Assembly: GCF_000196355.1 (NCBI RefSeq) | Contig: NC_007614.1 | Location: 960,001 to 992,000, forward strand | Direction of reading: 5' to 3' | Source: Nitrosospira multiformis ATCC 25196 | GTDB lineage: Bacteria; Pseudomonadota; Gammaproteobacteria; Burkholderiales; Nitrosomonadaceae | DNA length: 32,000 nucleotides | Part shown: positions 1 to 9,464 of the stretch, piece after piece | Layout of the letters: the number at the start of each line of letters is the position of its first letter | Numbering within the stretch: position 1 is the stretch's first letter | Notes under the pieces: model-generated | Seen by the model: the letters and a program-made list of their open reading frames with translations, nothing else | Database searches by the model: none | What the model was told of the DNA's origin: nothing | Program-made: the position numbers and the translations under genes

Positions 1-157
1 ATGCAAGACTGAGCAGCAAGCGTGTGGGGGAATCGCAGCGATTCCATGCCCCAAAGGCAAAACCTGTGTGGACGATCCTTCCGATGATTGCGACCCCAAA
101 CAGGGCGGGGCTGACTGTAGCGGCATTTGCGTGAAGTAAAGCCTGAAATAGCACTCT

Positions 158-733
158 GTGACTTGCTATTGTTTGGCCGCTGTAAGTGTATCCTTCGCCG
201 CGCTCGGGATTACGCCATGCTCGCAGGCTTCCGAACCCGTTTCAGCGGAACGTATCGATGCAGCGAGCATGCGGCGCATAGGCACAGTCGATGAGCGGTT
301 CCAATCTTACAACATCGAAATGATCGAAGTCATCGGTGGAAGATTCTGGAAGCCATACAGGGATATCGACCCTCTTCTCAAGGGGGGTCCTCCGGCGCAC
401 AATCGAAAAAGAATTCGACAACCCGTGGGTATGAACCCGAATCTGTACCAACAGCGTCCGCCGATTGACCTTGCCAACCTGCGCTTGCACAAGCTCGCAG
501 CCGCCTTGGGACCTGCTTATGTAAGAGTCACCGGAATGTGGGTCAACAGCGCCTACTTCCACAATTCCGATCAGCTCGCACCGAAGAGGCCTCCAAAAGG
601 CTTCAGCGGAGTATTAACCCGTCGGCAATGGAAGATCGCGCAGCGGAGACAAGGAGTGGGGGCAACTCGCCTATCACTATCAGAGAGGTCAACCAGACGG
701 TTGGTCCATGATGCAGACGGGAGACATTCGTGA
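158..733 (+). pseudogene. Truncated N-terminal fragment of a glycoside hydrolase family 79 / heparanase-like (beta-glucuronidase-type) protein
   Basis: Translation contains RIGTVDERFQSYNIEMIEVIGGRFWKPY, PPIDLANLRLHKLAAALGPAYVRVTGMWVNSAYFHNSD and PPKGFSGVLTRRQWK, which resemble the N-terminus of bacterial GH79-like proteins. Similarity ends after QWK and the ORF stops at 191 aa without a catalytic region. Confidence 0.55.
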
Positions 734-1497
734 GTAATTTTATTGTTGTTGTCTTCCCGACGGAAAAACAGGCAGACGAGGGCAGGAAAGCGCTCAAGGA
801 ACTTCAGGAGGAAGGCAAGCTTACGATTCATGGGATGGCCATCATCACCAAGCAAACAGATGGCAAGGTCTCGATGAAGGACCAGGCTGACAAAGCGCCC
901 TTTGGGACGGCGGTAGGGACAGTCGTGGGTAGCCTTATTGGTTTGTTGGGAGGACCAGTGGGGCTTGCCGCAGGCGCAGCTGCAGGTGCTTTTTTAGGAT
1001 ACTCGGTCGATGCTTCCAATTACGGCTTGGGCACGGAGTTCGTTGATGAGGTATCACGGAATTTAACGACCGGAAAGAGCGCGCTGGTCGCCGAGGTTGA
1101 CGAGTATTGGACCGTACCGCTAGATTTGACGATGGAAGCGCTAGGCGGAATCATAGTTCGCCAATGGCGCCTGGATGTGGAACAAGACCTGATTCGGAAT
1201 GATGTCCGCGCTCGCAATGCCGAGCTTTCCCAACTCAAGGCTGAGTATGGGCAAGCCGAGGATGAGCATAAGGCGCGGTTGGAAGTCAGGATCAAGATTG
1301 TCGAGGCCAAACTGAAGGCCGCCTTGGAACGTGAAAAGGCCAAGGTGGAAGCGTTAAAACAGCAAGCAGACGCGAAGATCAAGGCCCTCCAGAAACAGGC
1401 TACAACGGCAAGCCCGGAAACCAGAAACATAATCGAGCAACGGGTCGCAGAAATTCAAGCGGAATCAGAGAAGCTTGCAAAACAGCATGGGACTTAA
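730..1497 (+). CDS. DUF1269-family membrane protein with glycine-rich transmembrane hairpin and C-terminal coiled coil
   Basis: GTG start after a GGGAG-like RBS. MSNFIVVVFPTEKQADEGRKAL..., GTAVGTVVGSLIGLLGGPVGLAAGAAAGAFLG, then a charged helical tail. Confidence 0.75.
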   Translation: MSNFIVVVFPTEKQADEGRKALKELQEEGKLTIHGMAIITKQTDGKVSMKDQADKAPFGTAVGTVVGSLIGLLGGPVGLAAGAAAGAFLGYSVDASNYGLGTEFVDEVSRNLTTGKSALVAEVDEYWTVPLDLTMEALGGIIVRQWRLDVEQDLIRNDVRARNAELSQLKAEYGQAEDEHKARLEVRIKIVEAKLKAALEREKAKVEALKQQADAKIKALQKQATTASPETRNIIEQRVAEIQAESEKLAKQHGT

Positions 1498-1809
1498 AGC
1501 ACAGGCTCAGAATAGGTTCGTCTTGGCGTGATTGACCGAGCGTTTGAAAAACTGCCGACGAGGTAACTCACCACCTTCTTATTCATACAAGTCTCTTTCT
1601 GCGAGTGCTTGATTTGCTCGCTATTTTGTTGCGCTATTAGCAGACCCCTTTCCAAGGTGTGTCACCGAACGGACGGGAAGATGCCACGGCCCCTATAACT
1701 GCTTCCATCATTCAAGTTTCAACCGCGCTTCGATTTTGAGCTGAGCGTGACTTTAAAGTGCAAAGTAAGTGTGCTTTGCTACCTTCTACCATCCCAGGAG
1801 GAGAAAAAG

Positions 1810-2331
1810 ATGTCGGAAAAAGGGGAAATAGTTGTATTGGGATTCAGGGATCCCGAAGAGGCCGATCGCGTTTTATCCAGGCTTTATATGCTGCCCAGGG
1901 AATATCTGGCCGGTGAGGATGCGGTGGTCGTAGTGCGGGACGAGACAGGCTATGTTCATATCAAGCAAGGCAGCGATCTTGTCAAAACCGGGGCGAAGGA
2001 CGGCTTTCTTACCGGGAGTTTATGGGGCACGTTCGTCGGGCTGCTGTTCCTCGATCCCCTTATAGGATTCGCAGTAGGCAGCGCTCTGGGTGCCAGTACC
2101 GGTGCTCTGGCAGGCTCTCTGACTGATTACGGCATCGATGATGATTTCATCAAGTCGCTTGCTGAAACCTTCCCCAATAATTCGTCCGGGCTTTTCCTTC
2201 TTTTCCATAAGGCTCAGCCGGAGAAAGTTCTGGCGGAACTTTCGGGCGTGAAAGGCAAGGTACTTCGCACTTCACTCTCTCCCGAACAGGAAAAAAGGCT
2301 GCAGGAAGCTTTAAGTGGATCAGCCCCATGA
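1810..2331 (+). CDS. DUF1269-family membrane protein (glycine-zipper hairpin)
   Basis: ATG at 1810 preceded by AGGAGGAG; MSEKGEIVVLGFRDPEEADRVLSRL... GSLWGTFVGLLFLDPLIGFAVGSALGASTGALAGSLTDYGIDDDFIKSL. The ORF track starts at an upstream TTG (1747), but the strong RBS supports 1810. Confidence 0.75.
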   Translation: MSEKGEIVVLGFRDPEEADRVLSRLYMLPREYLAGEDAVVVVRDETGYVHIKQGSDLVKTGAKDGFLTGSLWGTFVGLLFLDPLIGFAVGSALGASTGALAGSLTDYGIDDDFIKSLAETFPNNSSGLFLLFHKAQPEKVLAELSGVKGKVLRTSLSPEQEKRLQEALSGSAP

Positions 2332-2425
2332 CTCGTAACCTAATTGGGATGAAATCCCCGCTGGTAATGCATCCGCCTGGCAATGCCCGTTCTCCAGTTC
2401 AAGACGGAGTCCACACAAGTCGAGG

Positions 2426-3778
2426 ATGAGCTCCTTCTTTTTCCCTTTGCGAGTGCCACGACACTTTGTACTAATTAGCATCATTGTCATTTTCTCTTTT
2501 TCTGAAGGCTGCAGCGAGCCCCCCGAGGAAAAGCCCCCACCCGTTGCGGAGGTCACTGCAGTCAGTATCGAGCCCAGAGATACGCCTATTGAACTTGAAT
2601 TCGTGGCGGAGACCCGAAGTTCCCGTCACGTAGAGATTCGCGCCCGGGTCTCTGGGTTCCTGGATAAGCGCCTCTACACGGAAGGCGAGGTGGTACAGGC
2701 TGGGCAGAAGATGTACCAGATGGATCGCAAGCCTTTCGAGGCTGCCTTGCAGTCGGCGGAAGGGCAACTCGCACAGCAGCAGGCACGGCTTCAGGTTGCT
2801 GAGGCAACGCTAGGCCGGGTAAGGCCGCTTGCGGAAAAAAATGCCCTGAGCAAAAAAAATCTTGATGACGCCACAGGAGCTGTGCAGCAGGCCAGGGCGG
2901 CAGTGCTTGCGGCAGAGGGAGAAGTTCGAACTGCAAAGTTGAATCTCAGCTATACAACGCTTCGTTCACCGCTCCACGGGCTAGCCAGTTTCAGTTTAAG
3001 GCATGAAGGGAGCTATCTGAGTCCGGGGGAAGGTGGGCTGCTTACCTATGTGGATCAGGTTAATCCTATCTGGGTCATATTCAGCGTCTCAGAAAACCAG
3101 ATGCTCAAGTACCAGAGTGAAATCGAAAGAGGCCTGCTCAAGTTTCCGCCTCTCAATCGTTTTGAAGTCCAGATCACCCTCGCCAACGGCGCATTGTTTC
3201 CACATGTGGGGCACATCGATTTCAGTGAACCTTCATTTTCCGAAGAAACTGGCACCTTCCTGGTTCGCACCCAGTTCATCAATCCCCAGGGAGTGTTGCG
3301 TCCAGGACAATTCGTGCGCCTCCAGTTGAAGGGAGCCGTGCGTCCCAACAGTATTCTGGTGCCGCAACGGGCGGTGCTGCAAGGGGCGAAGAGCCATTAT
3401 GTGTGGGTGATAAACAAGGAAGGCAAGGTTGACCGGCGCGACGTTGAAGTGGGGGACTGGCAGGGCGATGGGTGGTTTATAAATCATGGATTGGTGGCGG
3501 GCGAAAGAGTCGTGGTGGACGGGGCTGTCCGGCTCTCCCCTGGGGCTGCCATTAAAGTAATCAATGCACCAAGATTGCCGGAGGGTCAAACTGCGGGGAA
3601 GCCGGGAGGCCCTGGCACAGCTCCCGCAGCATCCATTGCACAGCCGCCCGAAGAAGCGTCAGTCAAGTCAGGGGATTTGCCCTCTACGCCCGATTCACAA
3701 GCAATCGGCCAGAAAAGCCGGGCATCCTCTTTCATAAAACCACAGTCCTCCACCCCGGAGGAAAAGCCGCCCGAATGA
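2426..3778 (+). CDS. RND efflux periplasmic adaptor subunit (membrane fusion protein, MexA/AcrA-like), putative lipoprotein
   Basis: FSFSEGCSEPP lipobox-like N-terminus; ARVSGFLDKRLYTEGEVVQAGQKMYQMD lipoyl-type motif, LNLSYTTLRSPLHG, LRPGQFVRLQLKG; directly followed by an RND permease. Confidence 0.93.
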   Translation: MSSFFFPLRVPRHFVLISIIVIFSFSEGCSEPPEEKPPPVAEVTAVSIEPRDTPIELEFVAETRSSRHVEIRARVSGFLDKRLYTEGEVVQAGQKMYQMDRKPFEAALQSAEGQLAQQQARLQVAEATLGRVRPLAEKNALSKKNLDDATGAVQQARAAVLAAEGEVRTAKLNLSYTTLRSPLHGLASFSLRHEGSYLSPGEGGLLTYVDQVNPIWVIFSVSENQMLKYQSEIERGLLKFPPLNRFEVQITLANGALFPHVGHIDFSEPSFSEETGTFLVRTQFINPQGVLRPGQFVRLQLKGAVRPNSILVPQRAVLQGAKSHYVWVINKEGKVDRRDVEVGDWQGDGWFINHGLVAGERVVVDGAVRLSPGAAIKVINAPRLPEGQTAGKPGGPGTAPAASIAQPPEEASVKSGDLPSTPDSQAIGQKSRASSFIKPQSSTPEEKPPE

Positions 3779-3789
3779 CAGGCTAGTTC

Positions 3790-6700
3790 ATGAAGATTTC
3801 CCATTTCTGTATCGACAGGCCAGTCTTCGCCTCGGTGCTCTCCATCATCATCACGCTGGCAGGGGGAGTGGCGATGTACAACCTGCCCGTCGCACAGTAT
3901 CCCGAGATCACCCCCGTTGAAGTCTCGGTGACAGCCACCTACCCGGGAGCCACCGCCGAAGTGGCGGCGCAAAACGTCGCTGCCCCGATCGAGCAGCAGG
4001 TGAATGGCGCCGATAAGCTCATGTATATGACCTCTGCAAGTTCGTCAACTGGTGCCATGACGCTGTCAGTCTATTTCGAGATTGACGCCAACCCGTCGCT
4101 CGCCCAGGTGGAGGTGCAGAATCGTGTAAGCCTGGCGCTCCCGCAGCTTCCTGCCGCGGTGCAGAGGCAGGGGGTCGCGGTAAAGAAGCAATCCGCCTCC
4201 GTGATGATGGTCATCTCGGTCTTTTCACCGGATGAACGTTACGAGCCCGTCTATGTTGCCAACTACGCCAGCATTTTCATACTGGATGCGATCAAGCGCA
4301 TCCCCGGCGCGGGCCAGGCAACCGTCATGGGGACACCGGATTATGCGATGCGGATCTGGCTGAAACCGGATCAGATGGCGGCCCTTGGCATCACTGCTGG
4401 GGATGTGCAGCAAGCGGTGGCGGCACAAAACGAGCAATATGCCGTGGGTAGCATCGGCCAAGCCCCGACGGACCGTCCGGTGGAGCAGTCCTTCGCCATT
4501 ACCACCAAGAGCCGTCTGACCACCCCCGCCGAATTTGACAACATCATTATCCGTGCCGCCAGCCAGGGTGTTGCGATGGTACGGCTCAAGGATGTGGGCT
4601 ATGCGGAATTGGGTCAGAAGATTTACGCGGTTCGCAATACCCGCCAGGGGAAGCCCGCGACCGTGCTCGTAGTGTATCAACAGCCAGGGGCCAACGCGCT
4701 TGAGGTTTCAAAAGGCGTGCGGGCGACGCTGGAGGAGATGAAAAAGTCGTTTCCCCCAGGCATCGAGTATGAAATCACCATGGACACCACTGCATTCACG
4801 CGTGCTTCCATTGTGTCCGTGATCCAGACCTTCTTTGAGGCGCTGGTGCTGGTCGTAGTCGTCGTGTTCGTGTTTCTCCAGAATCTGCGCGCCACCCTGA
4901 TTCCGATCATTGCCGTGCCGATTTCCGTCATCGGGGCAGCCAGTGGCATGGCGGCCCTCGGTTTCTCACTTAACATGCTCACCCTGTTCGGCATGATCCT
5001 CACTATCGGTATCGTGGTGGACGATGCGATTGTGGTGGTCGAGGCAGTCGAGCACAACATGAGCAAATATGGCCTGTCTGCCCGTGATGCCGCTAAGAAG
5101 GCGATGGACGAGGTAGGCGGCGCGCTGATTGCCATTGTTCTGGTGTTATGTGCGGTGTTTGTTCCGGTGGGATTTATTCCGGGTATCACGGGACAGCTCT
5201 ACAAGCAGTTTGCAATCACCATTGCGATCTCTGTTGCGCTCTCCGGTATCGTGGCCCTGACATTGTCCCCCGCGCTTGCCGCCCTCCTGCTCAAACCTCG
5301 TCACGGCGAGAAACGGGGCTTTTTCAAATGGTTCGACACCTGGTTCGAGCGCATGACAGAAGGCTATATCCGCAGTGTGCAGCTCGCAATCAAGCGCTAC
5401 ATCGTAGCGCTCCTGCTGTTTTTCGGCATGATCGCTCTCGCCGTCGGGCTGTTCAAGCACATTCCTGGTTCATTCCTTCCCCCGGAAGACCAGGGTGTGT
5501 TGCTAGGCGCGGTATTGATGCCCGATGCTTCGGGGCTTGACCGTACTGGTGAGGTCAGCCGGCATGCCACCGAATACTTCATGAAGCATCCGGCCACAAG
5601 ATCCATCGTGGTCGTCGACGGCTTCAGTCTGCTCGACGGCCAGATGAAGAGCAATGCGTCCACATTCTTCGTAGGGCTCAAGGATTTCGAAGAGCGCTAC
5701 GCTGGCGATAATGCCGACACCCAAGGCGTGCCAGCCCTGCTGGCAGGCGCTGTAAAAGCTTTCTCCAATATACCCGGTGGCATCATTCTTCCGATCAATC
5801 CCCCCTCCATTCCTGGATTGGGGACAACCGGAGGGATGGAAATGTACATCCAGAGCAAGGGCGACAATGACAGCCAGCAGATTGCGCAGGTGATACAGGA
5901 ATATGTGAAACGAGCCCAGACGCGGCCCGAGTTGACGAATGTCACCTCGACCTACAATGCCTCGGCACAAGTGCTATACCTTGATGTGGACCGCGCAAAG
6001 GCGGAAACACTCGGTGTTCCGGTGGAGGAGGTATACAACTCCATGCAGACGATGTTCGGATCGCTCTATGTATCGCAATTCACAAAGTTTGCTCGCCTGT
6101 TCCAGGTAATTATCCAGGGCGAGCCCGCCTCGCGGATGAAACCGGAAGACATCAATTATCTGTATCTGCGCAGCCAAAATGGCAGCATGGTTCCACTTAA
6201 CGCGGTAGCGACCGTGCGTTTTGACCGGGCGCCGGACATCGTAACGCGTTTCAACAACTTTACCGCGGTAAAAATTACGGCCGAGGCCGCACCGGGTTTT
6301 AGCTCGGGGGAAGCCATCGCTGCAATGGAAGAAACTGCATCGGAAACGCTGCCCGCGGATTATGGTATTGCCTGGAGTGGCCAGACCTTCGAAGAGAAAA
6401 GGGCGGGGGGCTCATCCGTGCTGGTATTCGTCTTCGGCCTGATCATGGTTTTCCTCATCCTTGCCGCCCAGTACGAAAAGTGGACATTGCCCCTTGGCGT
6501 ATTGACAGCAGTCCCGTTTGCGCTGTTTGGCGCGCTGGTCGCTATTTTTCTCCGTGGCCTGAGCAATGATATCTACTTCCAGATTGGGCTCACAATATTG
6601 GTGGCGCTCTCCGCCAAGAACGCCATCCTGATTTTCGAATATGCAGTGATGAACCATGGGCAGGGGCAGTCCTTCTATGACGCCGCTGTCAATGCAGCGC

Positions 6701-7014
6701 GGGACAGATTGCGTCCCATCATCATGACCTCGCTTGCTTTCACGCTGGGCTGCGTTCCTCTTGCGATCGCCACTGGAGTCTCCGCCAACAGCAAGATTTC
6801 GCTCGGTACCGGTGTAGTTGGTGGCATGTTGGGGGCAACAGTCATCGCAATATTTTTTATCCCAATGTTCTACTGGGCAATCGAAACCTTGACGGCAAGG
6901 ATAAGAGGCAAAGACAGAACACCTCCTCCGACAACCAAAGCCGCGGAAAGCCAGCTACCCGCTGATCCAGGGGAAGGCAGGCAGGACGACTTGCCCAATG
7001 AAACCGTCCAATAA
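3790..7014 (+). CDS. RND multidrug efflux permease, HAE1 family (AcrB/MexF-like)
   Basis: 1074 aa; MKISHFCIDRPVFASVLSIIITLAGGVAMYNLPVAQYPEITPVEVSVTATYPGATAEVAAQNVAAPIEQQVNG, GIVVDDAIVVVEAVEHNM, SAKNAILIFEYAV. Confidence 0.97.
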   Translation: MKISHFCIDRPVFASVLSIIITLAGGVAMYNLPVAQYPEITPVEVSVTATYPGATAEVAAQNVAAPIEQQVNGADKLMYMTSASSSTGAMTLSVYFEIDANPSLAQVEVQNRVSLALPQLPAAVQRQGVAVKKQSASVMMVISVFSPDERYEPVYVANYASIFILDAIKRIPGAGQATVMGTPDYAMRIWLKPDQMAALGITAGDVQQAVAAQNEQYAVGSIGQAPTDRPVEQSFAITTKSRLTTPAEFDNIIIRAASQGVAMVRLKDVGYAELGQKIYAVRNTRQGKPATVLVVYQQPGANALEVSKGVRATLEEMKKSFPPGIEYEITMDTTAFTRASIVSVIQTFFEALVLVVVVVFVFLQNLRATLIPIIAVPISVIGAASGMAALGFSLNMLTLFGMILTIGIVVDDAIVVVEAVEHNMSKYGLSARDAAKKAMDEVGGALIAIVLVLCAVFVPVGFIPGITGQLYKQFAITIAISVALSGIVALTLSPALAALLLKPRHGEKRGFFKWFDTWFERMTEGYIRSVQLAIKRYIVALLLFFGMIALAVGLFKHIPGSFLPPEDQGVLLGAVLMPDASGLDRTGEVSRHATEYFMKHPATRSIVVVDGFSLLDGQMKSNASTFFVGLKDFEERYAGDNADTQGVPALLAGAVKAFSNIPGGIILPINPPSIPGLGTTGGMEMYIQSKGDNDSQQIAQVIQEYVKRAQTRPELTNVTSTYNASAQVLYLDVDRAKAETLGVPVEEVYNSMQTMFGSLYVSQFTKFARLFQVIIQGEPASRMKPEDINYLYLRSQNGSMVPLNAVATVRFDRAPDIVTRFNNFTAVKITAEAAPGFSSGEAIAAMEETASETLPADYGIAWSGQTFEEKRAGGSSVLVFVFGLIMVFLILAAQYEKWTLPLGVLTAVPFALFGALVAIFLRGLSNDIYFQIGLTILVALSAKNAILIFEYAVMNHGQGQSFYDAAVNAARDRLRPIIMTSLAFTLGCVPLAIATGVSANSKISLGTGVVGGMLGATVIAIFFIPMFYWAIETLTARIRGKDRTPPPTTKAAESQLPADPGEGRQDDLPNETVQ

Positions 7015-7031
7015 GTCCCCGGGAGACTGAC

Positions 7032-8546
7032 ATGCGATCCCGGCTGACACTACTTGCATTCCTGCTTCCCCTGGTTCTTGTACTGCAAAGCTGCATGTTT
7101 GGTCCAAATTACCGGCGGCCAGAAATAGAAACAATGGAGAAATACCGTTTCGGAGAGAAAGTCGCGAGAGATATTGCCGATACCGCCTGGTGGGAGCAAT
7201 TCGGAGACCCCATTCTCAATGAACTGATCAGGATCGCGCTTGTTGAGAACAAGGACATACGCATCGCCACTGCGCGTATAGAAGAATTCCAGGGCCGCTA
7301 TGGCGCCACTCGCTCGGAACTGTTTCCGCAGATCGGGGGAGATGCCTCAGCGGAGAGGTTGCGCTCGACAGCCTTCGTGTGGCCAAGAGGTCTGGGGGGC
7401 ATTGACCCTTACTATAGCTATTACCAGGTATCCATAAATGCGAACTGGGAAATTGATATCTGGGGCCGCATCAGGCGTCTCTCGGAGGCGGCGCGCCATC
7501 AGCTGTTTGCCTCCGAGGCGGCGCGACGCGCTACGATATTGACCCTGGTCACCTCGGTGGCCTCATCCTACATCAATCTCCTGATCCTGGATCGGCAACT
7601 GGAGATCGCGCGGGCTACTGCAGCCACTCGAAGGGACACGCTGGAAGTGTTCCGGATGCGCTACGAAGGTGGCGTGATTTCACAACTGGAGCTTGCTCAA
7701 ATTGAGTCACAATATGAAACCGCAGTAGCCGCCATACCCCCGCTTGAATCCAGCATCGCCCAGCAGGAGAACGCACTCGCAGTATTGCTCGGTCGCAATC
7801 CCGGTCCGATTGCACGGGGCCGCGAACTCGCAAAGCTCGAACTTCCCATGGTATCCGCCGGTCTTCCATCGGAACTCCTGATGCGACGCCCTGATCTCCG
7901 TGAGGCCGAGCAGAACCTGATCTCGGCCAATGCCCAAATCGGTGCTGCCCGTGCCCTTTACTTCCCGCGAATTTCACTCACAGGCGTGCTGGGAGTCGCG
8001 AGCACCCAGCTTGCAACCCTGTTTACCGGACCAGCCTACATGGCAGCATTTGGCGTACTGACTTCGGTACCGATCTTTACCGCAGGAGGCATCGCAGGCC
8101 AGGTGAAACAGGCGGAAGCACGGCACGAACAGGCACTCGTAGGTTACCAGCGCGCAATCCAGATTGCGTTTCGGGAAGTTGAGGATTCCCTCATAGCCGT
8201 GCAGAAGAATCGAGCGGAACTGGCAGCTCAAACCCGGCGGGTGGAGGCGTCGCGCACGTATCTCGAGATGGCGCAGCTGCGTTATGACGAAGGCTATATC
8301 AGCTTCATCGAAGTCCTTGATGCCCAACGCACCCTCTTCGAAGCTGAAACCACCCAGGCTCAAACCCGGGGACGGGTATTCAATTCTCTTGTCGATCTCT
8401 ATAAATCGCTCGGAGGTGGATGGGTGGTGGAGGCTGACCGTATCAGAGGACAAATGGAAACGGGCAGGCAGGAAAACAAGTCCACACCCAAAGATGGAAA
8501 CGTGATGGATGCAGCGGATCATGAACGAACAAAGACCGAACCTTGA
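7032..8546 (+). CDS. Outer-membrane factor lipoprotein of RND efflux system (OprM/NodT family)
   Basis: Lipoprotein signal LVLVLQSCMFGPNYRRPEI; TAWWEQFGDPILNELIRIAL; LMRRPDLREAEQNLISANAQIGAARALYFPRISLTG. Confidence 0.95.
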   Translation: MRSRLTLLAFLLPLVLVLQSCMFGPNYRRPEIETMEKYRFGEKVARDIADTAWWEQFGDPILNELIRIALVENKDIRIATARIEEFQGRYGATRSELFPQIGGDASAERLRSTAFVWPRGLGGIDPYYSYYQVSINANWEIDIWGRIRRLSEAARHQLFASEAARRATILTLVTSVASSYINLLILDRQLEIARATAATRRDTLEVFRMRYEGGVISQLELAQIESQYETAVAAIPPLESSIAQQENALAVLLGRNPGPIARGRELAKLELPMVSAGLPSELLMRRPDLREAEQNLISANAQIGAARALYFPRISLTGVLGVASTQLATLFTGPAYMAAFGVLTSVPIFTAGGIAGQVKQAEARHEQALVGYQRAIQIAFREVEDSLIAVQKNRAELAAQTRRVEASRTYLEMAQLRYDEGYISFIEVLDAQRTLFEAETTQAQTRGRVFNSLVDLYKSLGGGWVVEADRIRGQMETGRQENKSTPKDGNVMDAADHERTKTEP

Positions 8547-8958
8547 GTGTGTAAGCCTTCCTTTTGGCTTCAGTCACGATTCACCTCCAACTCCGGAGAA
8601 GACCAACACGGCTCTTTGCGAGACCCACTATGGAGACGAATACAATACTTTCGCGCAGCCGACCGCGTGTTGCTTGGACGTATTGACAGTGGGACCGTCG
8701 TAAATGATGTATCCAACGATTTGGATCGCTACTAGCGAACCAATTCACCCCAGTTCTCCTATCCCGTCAACCGATAGTTGGCGCACCCAGCCCCCGATTA
8801 TTAAATGTTCTATGTGGGTGATCGCACCGAATAACTACTTTAAGGGCATGACTATTACGTTCATGGTATTCGTATTCTTCTTCTCGGCGCTGGGCTGGAG
8901 CTTTGGCCCCCCTGGTGTGGATAGTCTCCTGAGCTGCCCCATAGGTAAATAACGTGCT

Positions 8959-9021
8959 ATGAAAGACAAGACAGTTATTGTGACGGGTGCGGGATCCGGC
9001 ATAGGGCGGGCCGGCAGTTGA
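8959..9021 (+). pseudogene. N-terminal scrap of a short-chain dehydrogenase/reductase (20 aa before stop)
   Basis: ATG AAA GAC ... reads MKDKTVIVTGAGSGIGRAGS*, the canonical SDR beta1 + TGxxxGxG cofactor motif, then TGA. Confidence 0.5.
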
Positions 9022-9215
9022 TCATGTTTGCGGCAAGCGATGACAAGCAGGCGCGTAATACAGTGCTGGAGTTGGGAAGGGCGATTGGTTTCGACGCGAT
9101 GGATGCAGGCGGTCTGCGCAATGCCCGTCAGCTCGAGGCACTGGGTTACTTCAATATCCAGCTAGGATACGTTCTGGGGAACGGTACCGATACCGGTTTC
9201 AAATTCATTCACTGA
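9018..9215 (+). pseudogene. C-terminal fragment of a NADPH-dependent F420 reductase-like / dinucleotide-binding enzyme
   Basis: MFAASDDKQARNTVLELGRAIGFDAMDAGGLRNARQLEALGYFNIQLGYVLGNGTDTGFKFIH resembles the C-terminal region of that family (FVAGDD..., GFD(A)xDAGxLRNARxLE). The N-terminal Rossmann domain is absent. Confidence 0.5.
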
Positions 9216-9464
9216 ATCGCTTGCGTGAATTACCCATCTCTTGGTTTCACGTTTTGCTCTGCAGGCGGGTCCTCTTGCATAAAGGAGTGTGATCAGGGTC
9301 GACAATGGATGGATTAGAACGAAGACGGATTAAAGCTGCGCTAGGAGATGGGTGTGTCGGCCATTTGATTGATCTGATCGAGCGTATAGAATTTCACCAG
9401 TTTGTCGAAGGGGATTTTTTAAGACTTCTGCGAGTCTTGCAGCAATTTAACGAAGGAATTCAGC

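Noticed and set aside
8553-8570. AAGCC-TTCCTTTT-GGCTT small inverted repeat after the RND operon
   Set aside because: Only a 5-bp stem with no T-tract; too weak to call a terminator.
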